From Myxococcota bacterium (GTDB lineage Bacteria; Myxococcota_A; UBA9160; UBA4427), in the NCBI GenBank assembly GCA_963169575.1, contig CAUJGH010000040.1, forward strand, positions 1 to 35,435: a stretch of DNA of 35,435 bases, read 5' to 3'. Numbering within the stretch: position 1 is the first letter of the stretch; every line of letters begins with the position of its first letter. Of the stretch, positions 1-8,427 are shown one piece after another. A model generated the notes under the pieces. The model saw nothing but the letters and a program-made list of their open reading frames with translations. It was not told the DNA's origin and made no database searches. The translations under genes and the position numbers were made by a program.

Positions 1-1017
1 GTACTCGGGACCAAGCCAAAGCAGGACGATCTCTGGAAGCCACAGAGCGATTTGCGCCGTAAACAGGATCACGCACGCGCAATAGAGAGCTTCCACATCC
101 CAGATCAGACGACGCCGATGGGAGCTCAGCTTCGAGAGATCGATTCTCGCTGCAAGTGGAATCGCCAGCGGCTGAGCCACCGCAAAGAGAATCTGCAAGA
201 TGTAGTTCTGGATGGTGTTTACGACAATCGCAACCAGACCCGCTTCCTTCGCCCCCAGGAAGTACGATGCGACGAGCACGGGAGCGCGCCGCACCATGAA
301 GGACGCGCCCTCCGTGGCGAGTACCGGCGTCGAGTAACTCAACGACGAGGACGCACGAGTCAACGGAGCTCGAATCGAACCGCGAACGTCGCGTGGGAAT
401 TTCCGAACGACGCGAACAAAGAGGGCCAACTGGCGTGCGACAGTCCAGAAGGCCTGGATCGAAAAGTAGCTGGCCAATGTCGCGTCATAGTTCACAAAGC
501 AAAAGACCATTGACGCCGTCCTGAGAACGACTTCGGCCATTCCCGCAAAGTTCACGAACAAGACGTCTCCGCGTGTGAGGAGAGGGGCCCGCGCGAGATA
601 GAGGCCATTCTCGGCGACCACGAGCAGCGAAGCCCAATTCAGGGCCGCTTGTTCGTCCGGTGTCCCATTGAGCCCTACGACATCGAGCAGAATGCTCCCG
701 AGACACAGTACTATCACCGCAAACAGAAGCCCCGACCCGAGGAGAATCTTCGTGCCGCAGCCAACGAACTCTCCCACGGACTCACCATCGGATCCGATCT
801 CGTGAGCGATCGACCGATCGAACGACATCCGCAGACCGGAAGTCAGCAGGCTTAGTACACTCACGATGCCTAGTAGGGTGAACGCCGCTCCATAACGATC
901 GAGCCCGAGAACGTCATCGCGCAGGAGAAATGGAACGATTCCGACCGTGGCAAGAAACTGGACCGCCTTTGTGAAGTATCCGCTCGCGATTCCGGCCGAT
1001 AATTCTGATAGCTTCAC
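1..1017 (-). CDS. wzx: Wzx-like polysaccharide flippase (MOP / polysaccharide-biosynthesis-protein family). The N-terminal ~339 codons are visible; the 3' end runs off the left edge.
   Basis: Absent from the ORF track because it is edge-truncated. Hand translation of the minus strand from GTG (1017-1015) gives an uninterrupted frame: VKLSELSAGIASGYFTKAVQFLATVGIVPFLLRDDVLGLDRYGAAFTLLGIVSVLSLLTSGLRMSF...ALWLPEIVLLWLGPEY. It has many hydrophobic helices and an N-terminal pattern typical of Wzx/RfbX flippases, and it lies in a GT/Wzy locus. Confidence 0.65.
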   Translation of the reverse strand, partial: MKLSELSAGIASGYFTKAVQFLATVGIVPFLLRDDVLGLDRYGAAFTLLGIVSVLSLLTSGLRMSFDRSIAHEIGSDGESVGEFVGCGTKILLGSGLLFAVIVLCLGSILLDVVGLNGTPDEQAALNWASLLVVAENGLYLARAPLLTRGDVLFVNFAGMAEVVLRTASMVFCFVNYDATLASYFSIQAFWTVARQLALFVRVVRKFPRDVRGSIRAPLTRASSSLSYSTPVLATEGASFMVRRAPVLVASYFLGAKEAGLVAIVVNTIQNYILQILFAVAQPLAIPLAARIDLSKLSSHRRRLIWDVEALYCACVILFTAQIALWLPEIVLLWLGPEY

Positions 1018-1246
1018 GACGCATCCACGCGATGTTCACCGTATATACAGTCGACCAGGAGCAGGGATCCGAGGACGGAATGCGACGCGAACCCTATACG
1101 TCGTCCTAGCTCGGACCCTCCCGCTTCGACACCGACGCCCTTCGACGCCAAATTCCCGTTGATCGAATTCCGGACGATAGCACCAAGCATAGAATGCAGT
1201 TCCGTGCCCATGTCTCCTGAATAGCTCCGCACTCGCGAGAAGAATA
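1018..1246. promoter_or_regulatory. Divergent intergenic region between the wzx-like gene (-) and the secreted-protein gene (+); promoters are inferred only.
   Basis: A 229-bp gap lies between divergent starts (GTG 1017 on the minus strand, ATG 1247 on the plus strand). It is locally AT-richer, with -10-like hexamers tatata (1042-1047) and tagaat (1190-1195). I found no convincing -35. Confidence 0.3.
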
Positions 1247-3673
1247 ATGAAGGCTGCAACATCGATCGCCGCACTGCTCGTGTTTCTCGGTGGAGCGCCG
1301 TTCTCCATGAGCCGCGCCGCTTCCATTGTCGCGGAACCAGGCATCCACCCCAACAGCGCAGCAGCTTGCGAGACGCCACGAGTTGGAAGCCCGCAGCGTT
1401 GGTCGACCTTCCGAGACCAACATCGGTTGCCGAATTGGCCCGGTGCGATCCCCGAGCTTCCGGCAGATCAGGATTCCGCAGTCATGTCTTCCGGACGGCT
1501 GATTCTTTTTCGGAATAGGCATCTCGGAGTGCTGTTTTCCGCTCCGAACGGGGAAGGCAAAGGAGGCGGGGGGCTTCTCGGAATCACTAATTTCGAGTTC
1601 GCAGCGGATCTGATTCGTCCCGAACCTTCTCGAGGCCTGGCACCGTCCTGGCAGATCTGTCTGGGCACGAGGCGTACGGATCCGGACACGTGCAAGCCCG
1701 ACGGGGTTTCGATCGTCAGCCAGAATCTACCAACGAGCTGGGCGCTCACCGAACGCTCGACAGGTGGACTTCTGCGATTTCGATCGACGGACGCGAGCAC
1801 AGGACTCCAGGTTACGGTCGATTTCGAGCTCACCGCAGAGAATGTCCAGGCCAGGATCGAATCCCAGGTCCCCGCGAGTTCTGAGCTTGGAGTCGTATCA
1901 ACGCGGTTCCCGATTCTGGCCGGAGCGGGGAGAAGATTGACGGGGAAAGAGCAATTGATCCTTCCCAGGTACAACTTCGGAATTGCATGTGATGACTGCG
2001 TCGAGTTCCACGACCGCTATCCCAGCATGTATCAAACGATGCCCTGGTTCGGCTACCTGGACGGCGAGCACGGGCTCTACGTCGGAGCTCACGATCCGAT
2101 CGGTCGATACAAGGTCGTTCATGCGGGTGGCCCACTAGCGAAGAATCCTTCGTATTTCGAGACATTCCCGGAGCAGTCCGGCCTTCCCTCGAACACGAGT
2201 TCCGCGCCAGGTTCGTTCGTCATTGAGCCCGTTTGTGCAAGTCGTGGTTGGCCGGCACTTTCTCACGTCTATAAGAGCTGGGTAACCCAGTCGACGGAGT
2301 GGGGGCGAGCCCAGCCGGTCGGGGCACGTTCCGACATTCCGTCTGACTTCCTTCGTGGAGCCTGGTGGTTCACCCACTCGATCAACGAGAAGCAGTCTGC
2401 GACGCATCTCTCGAACACGTCAGAAATGAATCGGTCCGACTTCCCCGGGATTCCCACGGTCCATCACTGGTATGGATGGCATCTACCAGGAATGGATAAA
2501 GGCTTCCCGGCATTCGAACCGAAATCGGGAACGAAACAGGCAGTCGCCGCAGTGCAAAGAGACGGTCGTTCTCGAGTCATTCTCTACACGAACGGATCCA
2601 TGTCGGATCAATCCACGGCACCGTTGGGATCGGGTAGACCCGCCGACTGCAATCCAGGTAGCAGCCAGTATCCGCGTTTTTGGGAATCGACGATGATTCG
2701 CGCCAACGGCGAGAGGTATTTCGGAAAGTTTTCCAGCGGTGCGTGTCTGGTGCGAATGGACCTGGCTTCCCCGCTGTGGCGAGAGATCGTCCTGAGGAAC
2801 ATCGCTGCGGCGGCAAATGACCTCGATGCCGCTGGTGTATACGTCGACGTGACGGGAAACGTCGCACCGGGTTCATGGAGCGGGATCCACTATCCACCTG
2901 GTCGTGGAAGGCGATTGACGGAGGCCGCTCGGGCCTTGATCAGAGATGCTCGAGAATCTGGGGCGTTGATTATTTCGGAGGGATCGCTCGAGCAGCTTTC
3001 CGGCCTCAACCATGCCGGCGTCAACTATCTCGATTTCCCGCCGACGTCCGTTCCGCTCTTTCAGGCGGTACATCACGAGCGGTACATTCTCGCTGGCACG
3101 AGGTCGCTTCCGCCCGATGACGAAGACGCATTAGCTATTAAGAACGGATTGGCGATCGCCTGGGGGCTGCAACCAGGACTTAGCAGTCTCCAGTGGAAAT
3201 CTACCTCCGAGAAGCGAAATGTGGCATGGGCGAATCGGTTGATCGCGGCTCGAAGAGCGCTCGAACCATGGCTCGCGTCGGGGGAATATTTGGGCCCCCT
3301 GAGACCTTCCTCGGATGAATCCTCAACGTATGCGACTTCCGCAAGCTGGTCGCCTCTTCCTCCGCAGAAGCCAGGCGCCGCGTCGAGGCGTCCCGCGATC
3401 GAGACCAGCCTCTACCGATCGCTCGATGGAGGGTATGCCCTGATTGCAGTCAACGTGAGCCGGAATCCAGCGAATGTCCGATATCGATTGCCGCCTCCGT
3501 TGAAAGACCTCGTTGCAAGGACGATCTCGCACGTGGAGTTGGGACAGCCAGTCGGGTTCGCTGCAGACCGGGTTTCCTCCCAAGAGGTCGTATTGTCGCT
3601 GCCCGCACGGTCGGTAGCCGCCGTGATTCTTGAGAGCCCGCCAATGAATGACTCGTCCGAGAGAGTGCAATGA
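1247..3673 (+). CDS. Secreted 808-aa protein, possibly a glycoside-hydrolase-like (TIM-barrel, DUF6259-like) polysaccharide-processing enzyme.
   Basis: ORF track entry. The N-terminus looks like a signal peptide (MKAATSIAALLVFLGGAPFSMSRAAS). Motifs HHWYGWHLPGMDKGFPAF, VILYTNG, GVYVDVTG and LIISEG resemble strand-end motifs of GH-like TIM barrels. The stop overlaps the next start (ATGA at 3670-3673). The family assignment is from memory only. Confidence 0.55.
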   Translation: MKAATSIAALLVFLGGAPFSMSRAASIVAEPGIHPNSAAACETPRVGSPQRWSTFRDQHRLPNWPGAIPELPADQDSAVMSSGRLILFRNRHLGVLFSAPNGEGKGGGGLLGITNFEFAADLIRPEPSRGLAPSWQICLGTRRTDPDTCKPDGVSIVSQNLPTSWALTERSTGGLLRFRSTDASTGLQVTVDFELTAENVQARIESQVPASSELGVVSTRFPILAGAGRRLTGKEQLILPRYNFGIACDDCVEFHDRYPSMYQTMPWFGYLDGEHGLYVGAHDPIGRYKVVHAGGPLAKNPSYFETFPEQSGLPSNTSSAPGSFVIEPVCASRGWPALSHVYKSWVTQSTEWGRAQPVGARSDIPSDFLRGAWWFTHSINEKQSATHLSNTSEMNRSDFPGIPTVHHWYGWHLPGMDKGFPAFEPKSGTKQAVAAVQRDGRSRVILYTNGSMSDQSTAPLGSGRPADCNPGSSQYPRFWESTMIRANGERYFGKFSSGACLVRMDLASPLWREIVLRNIAAAANDLDAAGVYVDVTGNVAPGSWSGIHYPPGRGRRLTEAARALIRDARESGALIISEGSLEQLSGLNHAGVNYLDFPPTSVPLFQAVHHERYILAGTRSLPPDDEDALAIKNGLAIAWGLQPGLSSLQWKSTSEKRNVAWANRLIAARRALEPWLASGEYLGPLRPSSDESSTYATSASWSPLPPQKPGAASRRPAIETSLYRSLDGGYALIAVNVSRNPANVRYRLPPPLKDLVARTISHVELGQPVGFAADRVSSQEVVLSLPARSVAAVILESPPMNDSSERVQ

Positions 3674-4821
3674 CGGGTTCAAGAAATCCGCGGGTTTGCG
3701 TCATCACCAACATCGTTCCCCATTATCGCGTGAGCTTGTACAACTCGATCTGCAGATCGGAAATCGCAGAGCTTTCGATCTTCTGTCAAAACGAGATTCC
3801 CGGGATCAATCTCGAGTCGAACGCATCGAAACTGGATGCGGCGATTGAGGTTTCCATCGTTCCGTACGTTTCGATGAAGCGAGAGTCCCTCGCTTGGCAG
3901 TTCCTGCCTCTTCGATTCTTCTTCCGAAAGTGGGACGCGTACCTTCTGACCGCGAACCCCAGAGTCGTCTCGACGGTCGTCTATTCGTTGATACTCAAGC
4001 TCCTCGGTCGTCGCGTCGTCGGCTGGGCTCAGCTTCACAGTGGGCGATCGAACAAGCTTCTGGAGAGATTGAAGCTTTACTGGTGGAACCTACTTGACGG
4101 GATGTTCGTCTACACGGATGCGGAGGCGATCGAGCTCGCCGCCGGCGGATATCGAGGAATTGCTGTAGGGATGAACAACGGCTTGGATCAGGATCGGATC
4201 GATTCCGCCATTCTCGAGTGGCCTCGTACTCGTCTGGAGCAGTGGCAGAGGCAAGCCGACGTCGACCCGGTGATGACGATTCTCTCCTGCGCTCGCCTAG
4301 ATTCCAAGAACGCCTTCGAGCTTGTTCCGCGCGCGATGAGTCTTCTCCGCGAATCGCATCCGCGAATACGCTGGGTGGTGATCGGCGACGGACCGGAGAG
4401 ATCCTCGATCGGGTCCCTGGTCGACGAACTCGGACTCGGCGATCGGGTTCGGTTCGTCGGCTCAATCTACGAGGAAATAGACTTGGCGCCCTGGTTTCTT
4501 TCTGCCGTCGCATTGGCTCACCCCGGCAAGATCGGACTTAGCTTGCTTCATGCGTTCGGATACGGTTGCCCCGTAATCACGAACGACAACGTCAAATCGC
4601 ATACGCCTGAGATCGCAGCCTTCACGGATGGGAAAACTGGACTGTTTTACGAACATGGCAGTATTTCCTCGCTCGCGGAAGCGCTCGCACAAGTCCTGGA
4701 TTCGCCCAATCGGCGAGATTCAATGGCGCGGGAGGCACAACGGAGAGCACGCAACGACTTTAACGTTCGTGTTATGACGGCTCGGTTTCAATCCTTGATC
4801 GGAGCCGTCGTGCCTCGCTGA
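3670..4821 (+). CDS. Glycosyltransferase family 4 (group 1 GT).
   Basis: 383-aa ORF. The C-terminal GT-B motifs are HPGKIGLSLLHAFGYGCPVITND and GKTGLFYEHGSISSLAEAL. It is translationally coupled to the upstream gene. Confidence 0.8.
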   Translation: MTGSRNPRVCVITNIVPHYRVSLYNSICRSEIAELSIFCQNEIPGINLESNASKLDAAIEVSIVPYVSMKRESLAWQFLPLRFFFRKWDAYLLTANPRVVSTVVYSLILKLLGRRVVGWAQLHSGRSNKLLERLKLYWWNLLDGMFVYTDAEAIELAAGGYRGIAVGMNNGLDQDRIDSAILEWPRTRLEQWQRQADVDPVMTILSCARLDSKNAFELVPRAMSLLRESHPRIRWVVIGDGPERSSIGSLVDELGLGDRVRFVGSIYEEIDLAPWFLSAVALAHPGKIGLSLLHAFGYGCPVITNDNVKSHTPEIAAFTDGKTGLFYEHGSISSLAEALAQVLDSPNRRDSMAREAQRRARNDFNVRVMTARFQSLIGAVVPR

Positions 4822-5996
4822 ACTCGAGAGGAATTCTTTGCGAAGGTTTCGACCTGTCGAGCCCGCCCCCCGGTCAAAATGGATTCGATCACCGAGGCGT
4901 ATTGCTCCGCGACGAGAGGCCAGGAGAAGTCGCGACTGCGGCGGAGTCCGCGCTGCTGAGCGGCGGCCCACTTGGACTCATCAACCAGCAGTCGTCTCGC
5001 AACCCGCGCGATCTCCTGTCCGGACGGCGGTGCGTAGTCTGCGGCCTCACCGCAGACTTCGGGAACTGCACTCTCTTCACACGCAACGACGGGCAGCCCG
5101 CATGCCATTGCCTCAACAGGCGTCAGGCCAAAGGTTTCGAGGCGACTTGTGGCGATCAGAAGCGACGCCGACTGATACAGACCCATCAATTCTTCACGGG
5201 GAACGTGCCCCAGGAATTTCACTTTGGGTGACAAGTCACGCTTCTCTACGAAATCGCACATCTGTCGGTAGTACTTCTCATCCAATGTTCTCCCCGCAAT
5301 ATGCAGCTCGAGATCGGGAAACTCCTCAGAAAGCACCGCAAGAGCATCGATGGCTAGCTCGAAACGCTTGTGGGGGTAGACGTCACCGACGCAGAACAGC
5401 ACCGCGCGCCTGGTCGCTCGTCCAAGTAGCGGCCGGACACCTCGAAACTTCTCGTCGATCGCGAGCGGGATCACGAGTGGCCGATGCATCTCGCCTCTGA
5501 TGCACCGAGCGCTCCTTCGAGCAGAGTCATGGGACAGGAATATGTTTCCGGCGACTCGACCGACCGAGGCGCGCATCAACATGCGCTGAACGGCGATATA
5601 GCATTGGAGCGACACGGGCTGCGCCTCCGCCCCTCGCTCCCAGAGGTTCGCGTTCTGCCAGACGGCGATTTGGGGAATTCCGGAGCCGAAGATCTTGAAT
5701 CCCCCTAGGAGCAGGACTGCGTCAATCCCTCTGTGCGAGAGAATCGAGGGAAATAACAGCTGCTCCAACATCGATCGAACCACGAGCCTTCGAGCGCCTC
5801 TGATCATAAGTGGCTCGAAGTTCGACGGTACTTCCTCAGGAAGCGCCTGCACGTCCGAAACGAACGAAGTGAACTGCCAGTCGGGTCGGACCGTGCAAAG
5901 TGCTTGCGACAACCCTCTGGCGACGGAGATACCTCCCCCCGACGTCGCGCTGAGTGCGTCGATGGCGACGCGGACCGTATTTGATTCTGACGCCAA
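4788..5996 (-). CDS. Glycosyltransferase family 4 (group 1 GT).
   Basis: 402-aa ORF with a TTG start at 5996. It has the classic GT4 motif ETFGLTPVEAMACGLPVVACE and the N-terminal RVAIDALSATSGGGISV. Its 3' end overlaps the convergent GT4 gene by 34 bp. Confidence 0.85.
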   Translation of the reverse strand: MASESNTVRVAIDALSATSGGGISVARGLSQALCTVRPDWQFTSFVSDVQALPEEVPSNFEPLMIRGARRLVVRSMLEQLLFPSILSHRGIDAVLLLGGFKIFGSGIPQIAVWQNANLWERGAEAQPVSLQCYIAVQRMLMRASVGRVAGNIFLSHDSARRSARCIRGEMHRPLVIPLAIDEKFRGVRPLLGRATRRAVLFCVGDVYPHKRFELAIDALAVLSEEFPDLELHIAGRTLDEKYYRQMCDFVEKRDLSPKVKFLGHVPREELMGLYQSASLLIATSRLETFGLTPVEAMACGLPVVACEESAVPEVCGEAADYAPPSGQEIARVARRLLVDESKWAAAQQRGLRRSRDFSWPLVAEQYASVIESILTGGRARQVETFAKNSSRVQRGTTAPIKD

Positions 5997-6141
5997 AGAA
6001 AAACTCGAATCTCACCGGTAGACTAATGGCGTGATGGGTTTATAGGCCTCACGCTGATGCTCCCGAAGATGCATTGTTCCTCTTCGACCACTCTCGTTCG
6101 AAGGGAGCACGAACCCTATCGCGATTTGGATTCGTCGCGGC

Positions 6142-6867
6142 CTACGGCGAACCCTCCGAGATGAATGCGACGCAATCCTTAGTACCGTCCGTCGTATGAA
6201 TTCGCCTGAGACTCTCGACCTTTCCCCAGAATCGCTCCCATGCCTCGCTCTGGAAACGTGAAGATCCCATGCCCATGGCACCTGGCGCACGACTGAGAAG
6301 GGGGAGGTAACGATGAGAGTCGTCGACGATGACCAATCCGCCCGCTCGCAGCACCTCGAGCGCCCAGAGCGCACAGTGATCCCGATTGGGGCCATCCACG
6401 AGCACCACGTCGACGGACCGCCCGCGCAGGGTCGCCTCCGCCGCTCCGGTCATTTTCTCAGCGTGAGGATCGACGCGCAGATACTCGACTGCATCGCGCC
6501 CTGCGTTCCTCAACTTGTCTGCGATTTGTCGATGCCATTCTTCGTGATGCTCAATGCTGATCAACGCGCCTACCCGATCGGCGAACCAAAGCGTGCTCCG
6601 ACCAGATCCGAATTCGACGAGTAAATCGGTGGGCTGAAGCCAGAGATCGAGAAACCGCACCATCGAATGCGTCAACCAAGGCTCATCGGGCTTTCTTAAC
6701 TGGTACCATGCCACTCCCAGCCGATCAGCGACGTATTGGAGAGTCCAATGGGGCCTAGGGCGCGGCCAAAGCCGCAACCACTGGGGTACTCGGTTGGGCG
6801 CCGGTGTCTCCGCATCGGTAGAGCGCAGAGTCTCCGATTCGATCCGTTTCAGGGAGTCTTTTTCCAC
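6142..6867 (-). CDS. Class I SAM-dependent methyltransferase (O-methyltransferase-like).
   Basis: 241-aa ORF with a GTG start. Motif I is LVEFGSGRSTLWFA, followed by an acidic-loop segment ISIEHHEEW and VDVVLVDGP. It sits between Wzy and a GT4 gene. Confidence 0.7.
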   Translation of the reverse strand: MEKDSLKRIESETLRSTDAETPAPNRVPQWLRLWPRPRPHWTLQYVADRLGVAWYQLRKPDEPWLTHSMVRFLDLWLQPTDLLVEFGSGRSTLWFADRVGALISIEHHEEWHRQIADKLRNAGRDAVEYLRVDPHAEKMTGAAEATLRGRSVDVVLVDGPNRDHCALWALEVLRAGGLVIVDDSHRYLPLLSRAPGAMGMGSSRFQSEAWERFWGKVESLRRIHTTDGTKDCVAFISEGSP

Positions 6868-6930
6868 TTCATTCTCCGCGACGCACGGTGGGCCTCGCGA
6901 TCGGAAGATCGATGGCAGCTCGAACCACGA

Positions 6931-8427
6931 CTAGACGACGCCTGCGTGGTCCGGCTCTCCGTGCGTGTCGGAGCTACCGCGATTGGCAGAAACGACGTGC
7001 CGCTTGAACCTTGCCGGTATCGTCACGAACGGAATGATCGCAAGCGTGATGCCCACCGTATACCCAAACGAAGAAATTAGGTCTCCTCGGGTCATGAAGA
7101 GCATTAGTCCGACCCAGAAGGGATAGACGATGTCGATTCTCCGAATGCCCGCCGGATAGTAGCTGGAATCAAATGCGGCCCAATAACTTCGATCGATCGA
7201 CGCCAGTATCCAACCAAACGCGAATGCAAAAAAGGGTACTCCGAACAATCCGAAATCGACCAGCGGCTCGGTCATGATCGGAACGGAGAGATTCGTGAAA
7301 TCGAAACCTAGGCCCTCGCTGACCATTGCACCGGTCCCAATCGGCTTCGACGGCCATATCGCTCGTGGCACCCAGAAAAGTACAGCGCCCAGAGTCTGCA
7401 TCCCCCACGTAGGACCGTAGAGATCGAGCCACTTAATCGCCACGCACATCATCCCGAAAGCATCGACGTCACCCGAGAGCGCAAGGTACTGGAACGGCGA
7501 TTCGAGCTGGAGGTAATACTGCACAATTTCAGCCATGGTTTCAGCGTTTCTCGCTGCACCCAATGAAGGAAGAACGCTGAAACCTAGAATTGCGCAAACC
7601 AGAATTGGCACTCCCGTCTTCCTACCGGCCAGAAAGTGAGGCGAGATCAATCCAACCGTGACTGCGACGAACCAATAGCGGGCGGCTGCGAAGGGGCTGT
7701 TTGTTACTAGCACTCCGAGTACTTCTATGATGAACAGCGGAACCAGGAAGCCGATTCCCAATGACATCCTACCTCGTCGAATTGCCAATGCGGTTCCCGC
7801 TACGGCAAGAAGCGGCAACGCCCGAACGAAGATCGTGTTGATCAGGACGATCGAACTGCTCGACGAAACGGAAAGACTCTCTCGTGCCGCCGCTCGAGTG
7901 AAAGCCCCGAGCAGTCCGAGGGAAGCGAGATAGACCAAAGCCACGAATCCGACGATGAGCGCGAAATAGATTGCCGCGATGCTCACGGGCTTTTCGAACG
8001 ATCGAACGAATTGCGACTTAACCGCGCCCGAAATGAGCCGCTGGCGAATGGAGTAGCCGGCGAGATAGGCCAAGATCCAAAGGCTGACGACAATACATCC
8101 GACCGGGATTTCCGATCGAAAAGCCAGCACCGGCCCAGCGAGTGGAAAGCGCCCGGCGATGTATTGATACAATCCAGCTACGCACGCGAAAATCAATAAC
8201 CCGACCAGGTGGAAAAGGTGTAGCGAATAGGGGCGTTCGCGAGCAGCGAAGAAAAGCGCGACGAGTACGAAAAACGTATTCGCCGCGAAGTGAGCAACGA
8301 CCGTGTCGGATAAAGCCCCCCCAGCCGATCCGTCGATCGACAACGCTCCGACGATGACTAGCAATCCGAGTATTAATACCGCCGGCCCAGCGATCATCGT
8401 CGAAGTCAGACGTTGGCGTTGAGTCAC
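6931..8427 (-). CDS. wzy: Oligosaccharide repeat-unit polymerase (Wzy-like), a polytopic membrane protein.
   Basis: 498-aa ORF with a GTG start. It has more than 10 hydrophobic helices. The segment GDVDAFGMM...LFWVPRAIWPSKPIG resembles the Wzy repeat-unit polymerase signature. There is a GTGA overlap with the upstream oxidoreductase stop (8424-8427). Confidence 0.7.
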   Translation of the reverse strand: MTQRQRLTSTMIAGPAVLILGLLVIVGALSIDGSAGGALSDTVVAHFAANTFFVLVALFFAARERPYSLHLFHLVGLLIFACVAGLYQYIAGRFPLAGPVLAFRSEIPVGCIVVSLWILAYLAGYSIRQRLISGAVKSQFVRSFEKPVSIAAIYFALIVGFVALVYLASLGLLGAFTRAAARESLSVSSSSSIVLINTIFVRALPLLAVAGTALAIRRGRMSLGIGFLVPLFIIEVLGVLVTNSPFAAARYWFVAVTVGLISPHFLAGRKTGVPILVCAILGFSVLPSLGAARNAETMAEIVQYYLQLESPFQYLALSGDVDAFGMMCVAIKWLDLYGPTWGMQTLGAVLFWVPRAIWPSKPIGTGAMVSEGLGFDFTNLSVPIMTEPLVDFGLFGVPFFAFAFGWILASIDRSYWAAFDSSYYPAGIRRIDIVYPFWVGLMLFMTRGDLISSFGYTVGITLAIIPFVTIPARFKRHVVSANRGSSDTHGEPDHAGVV

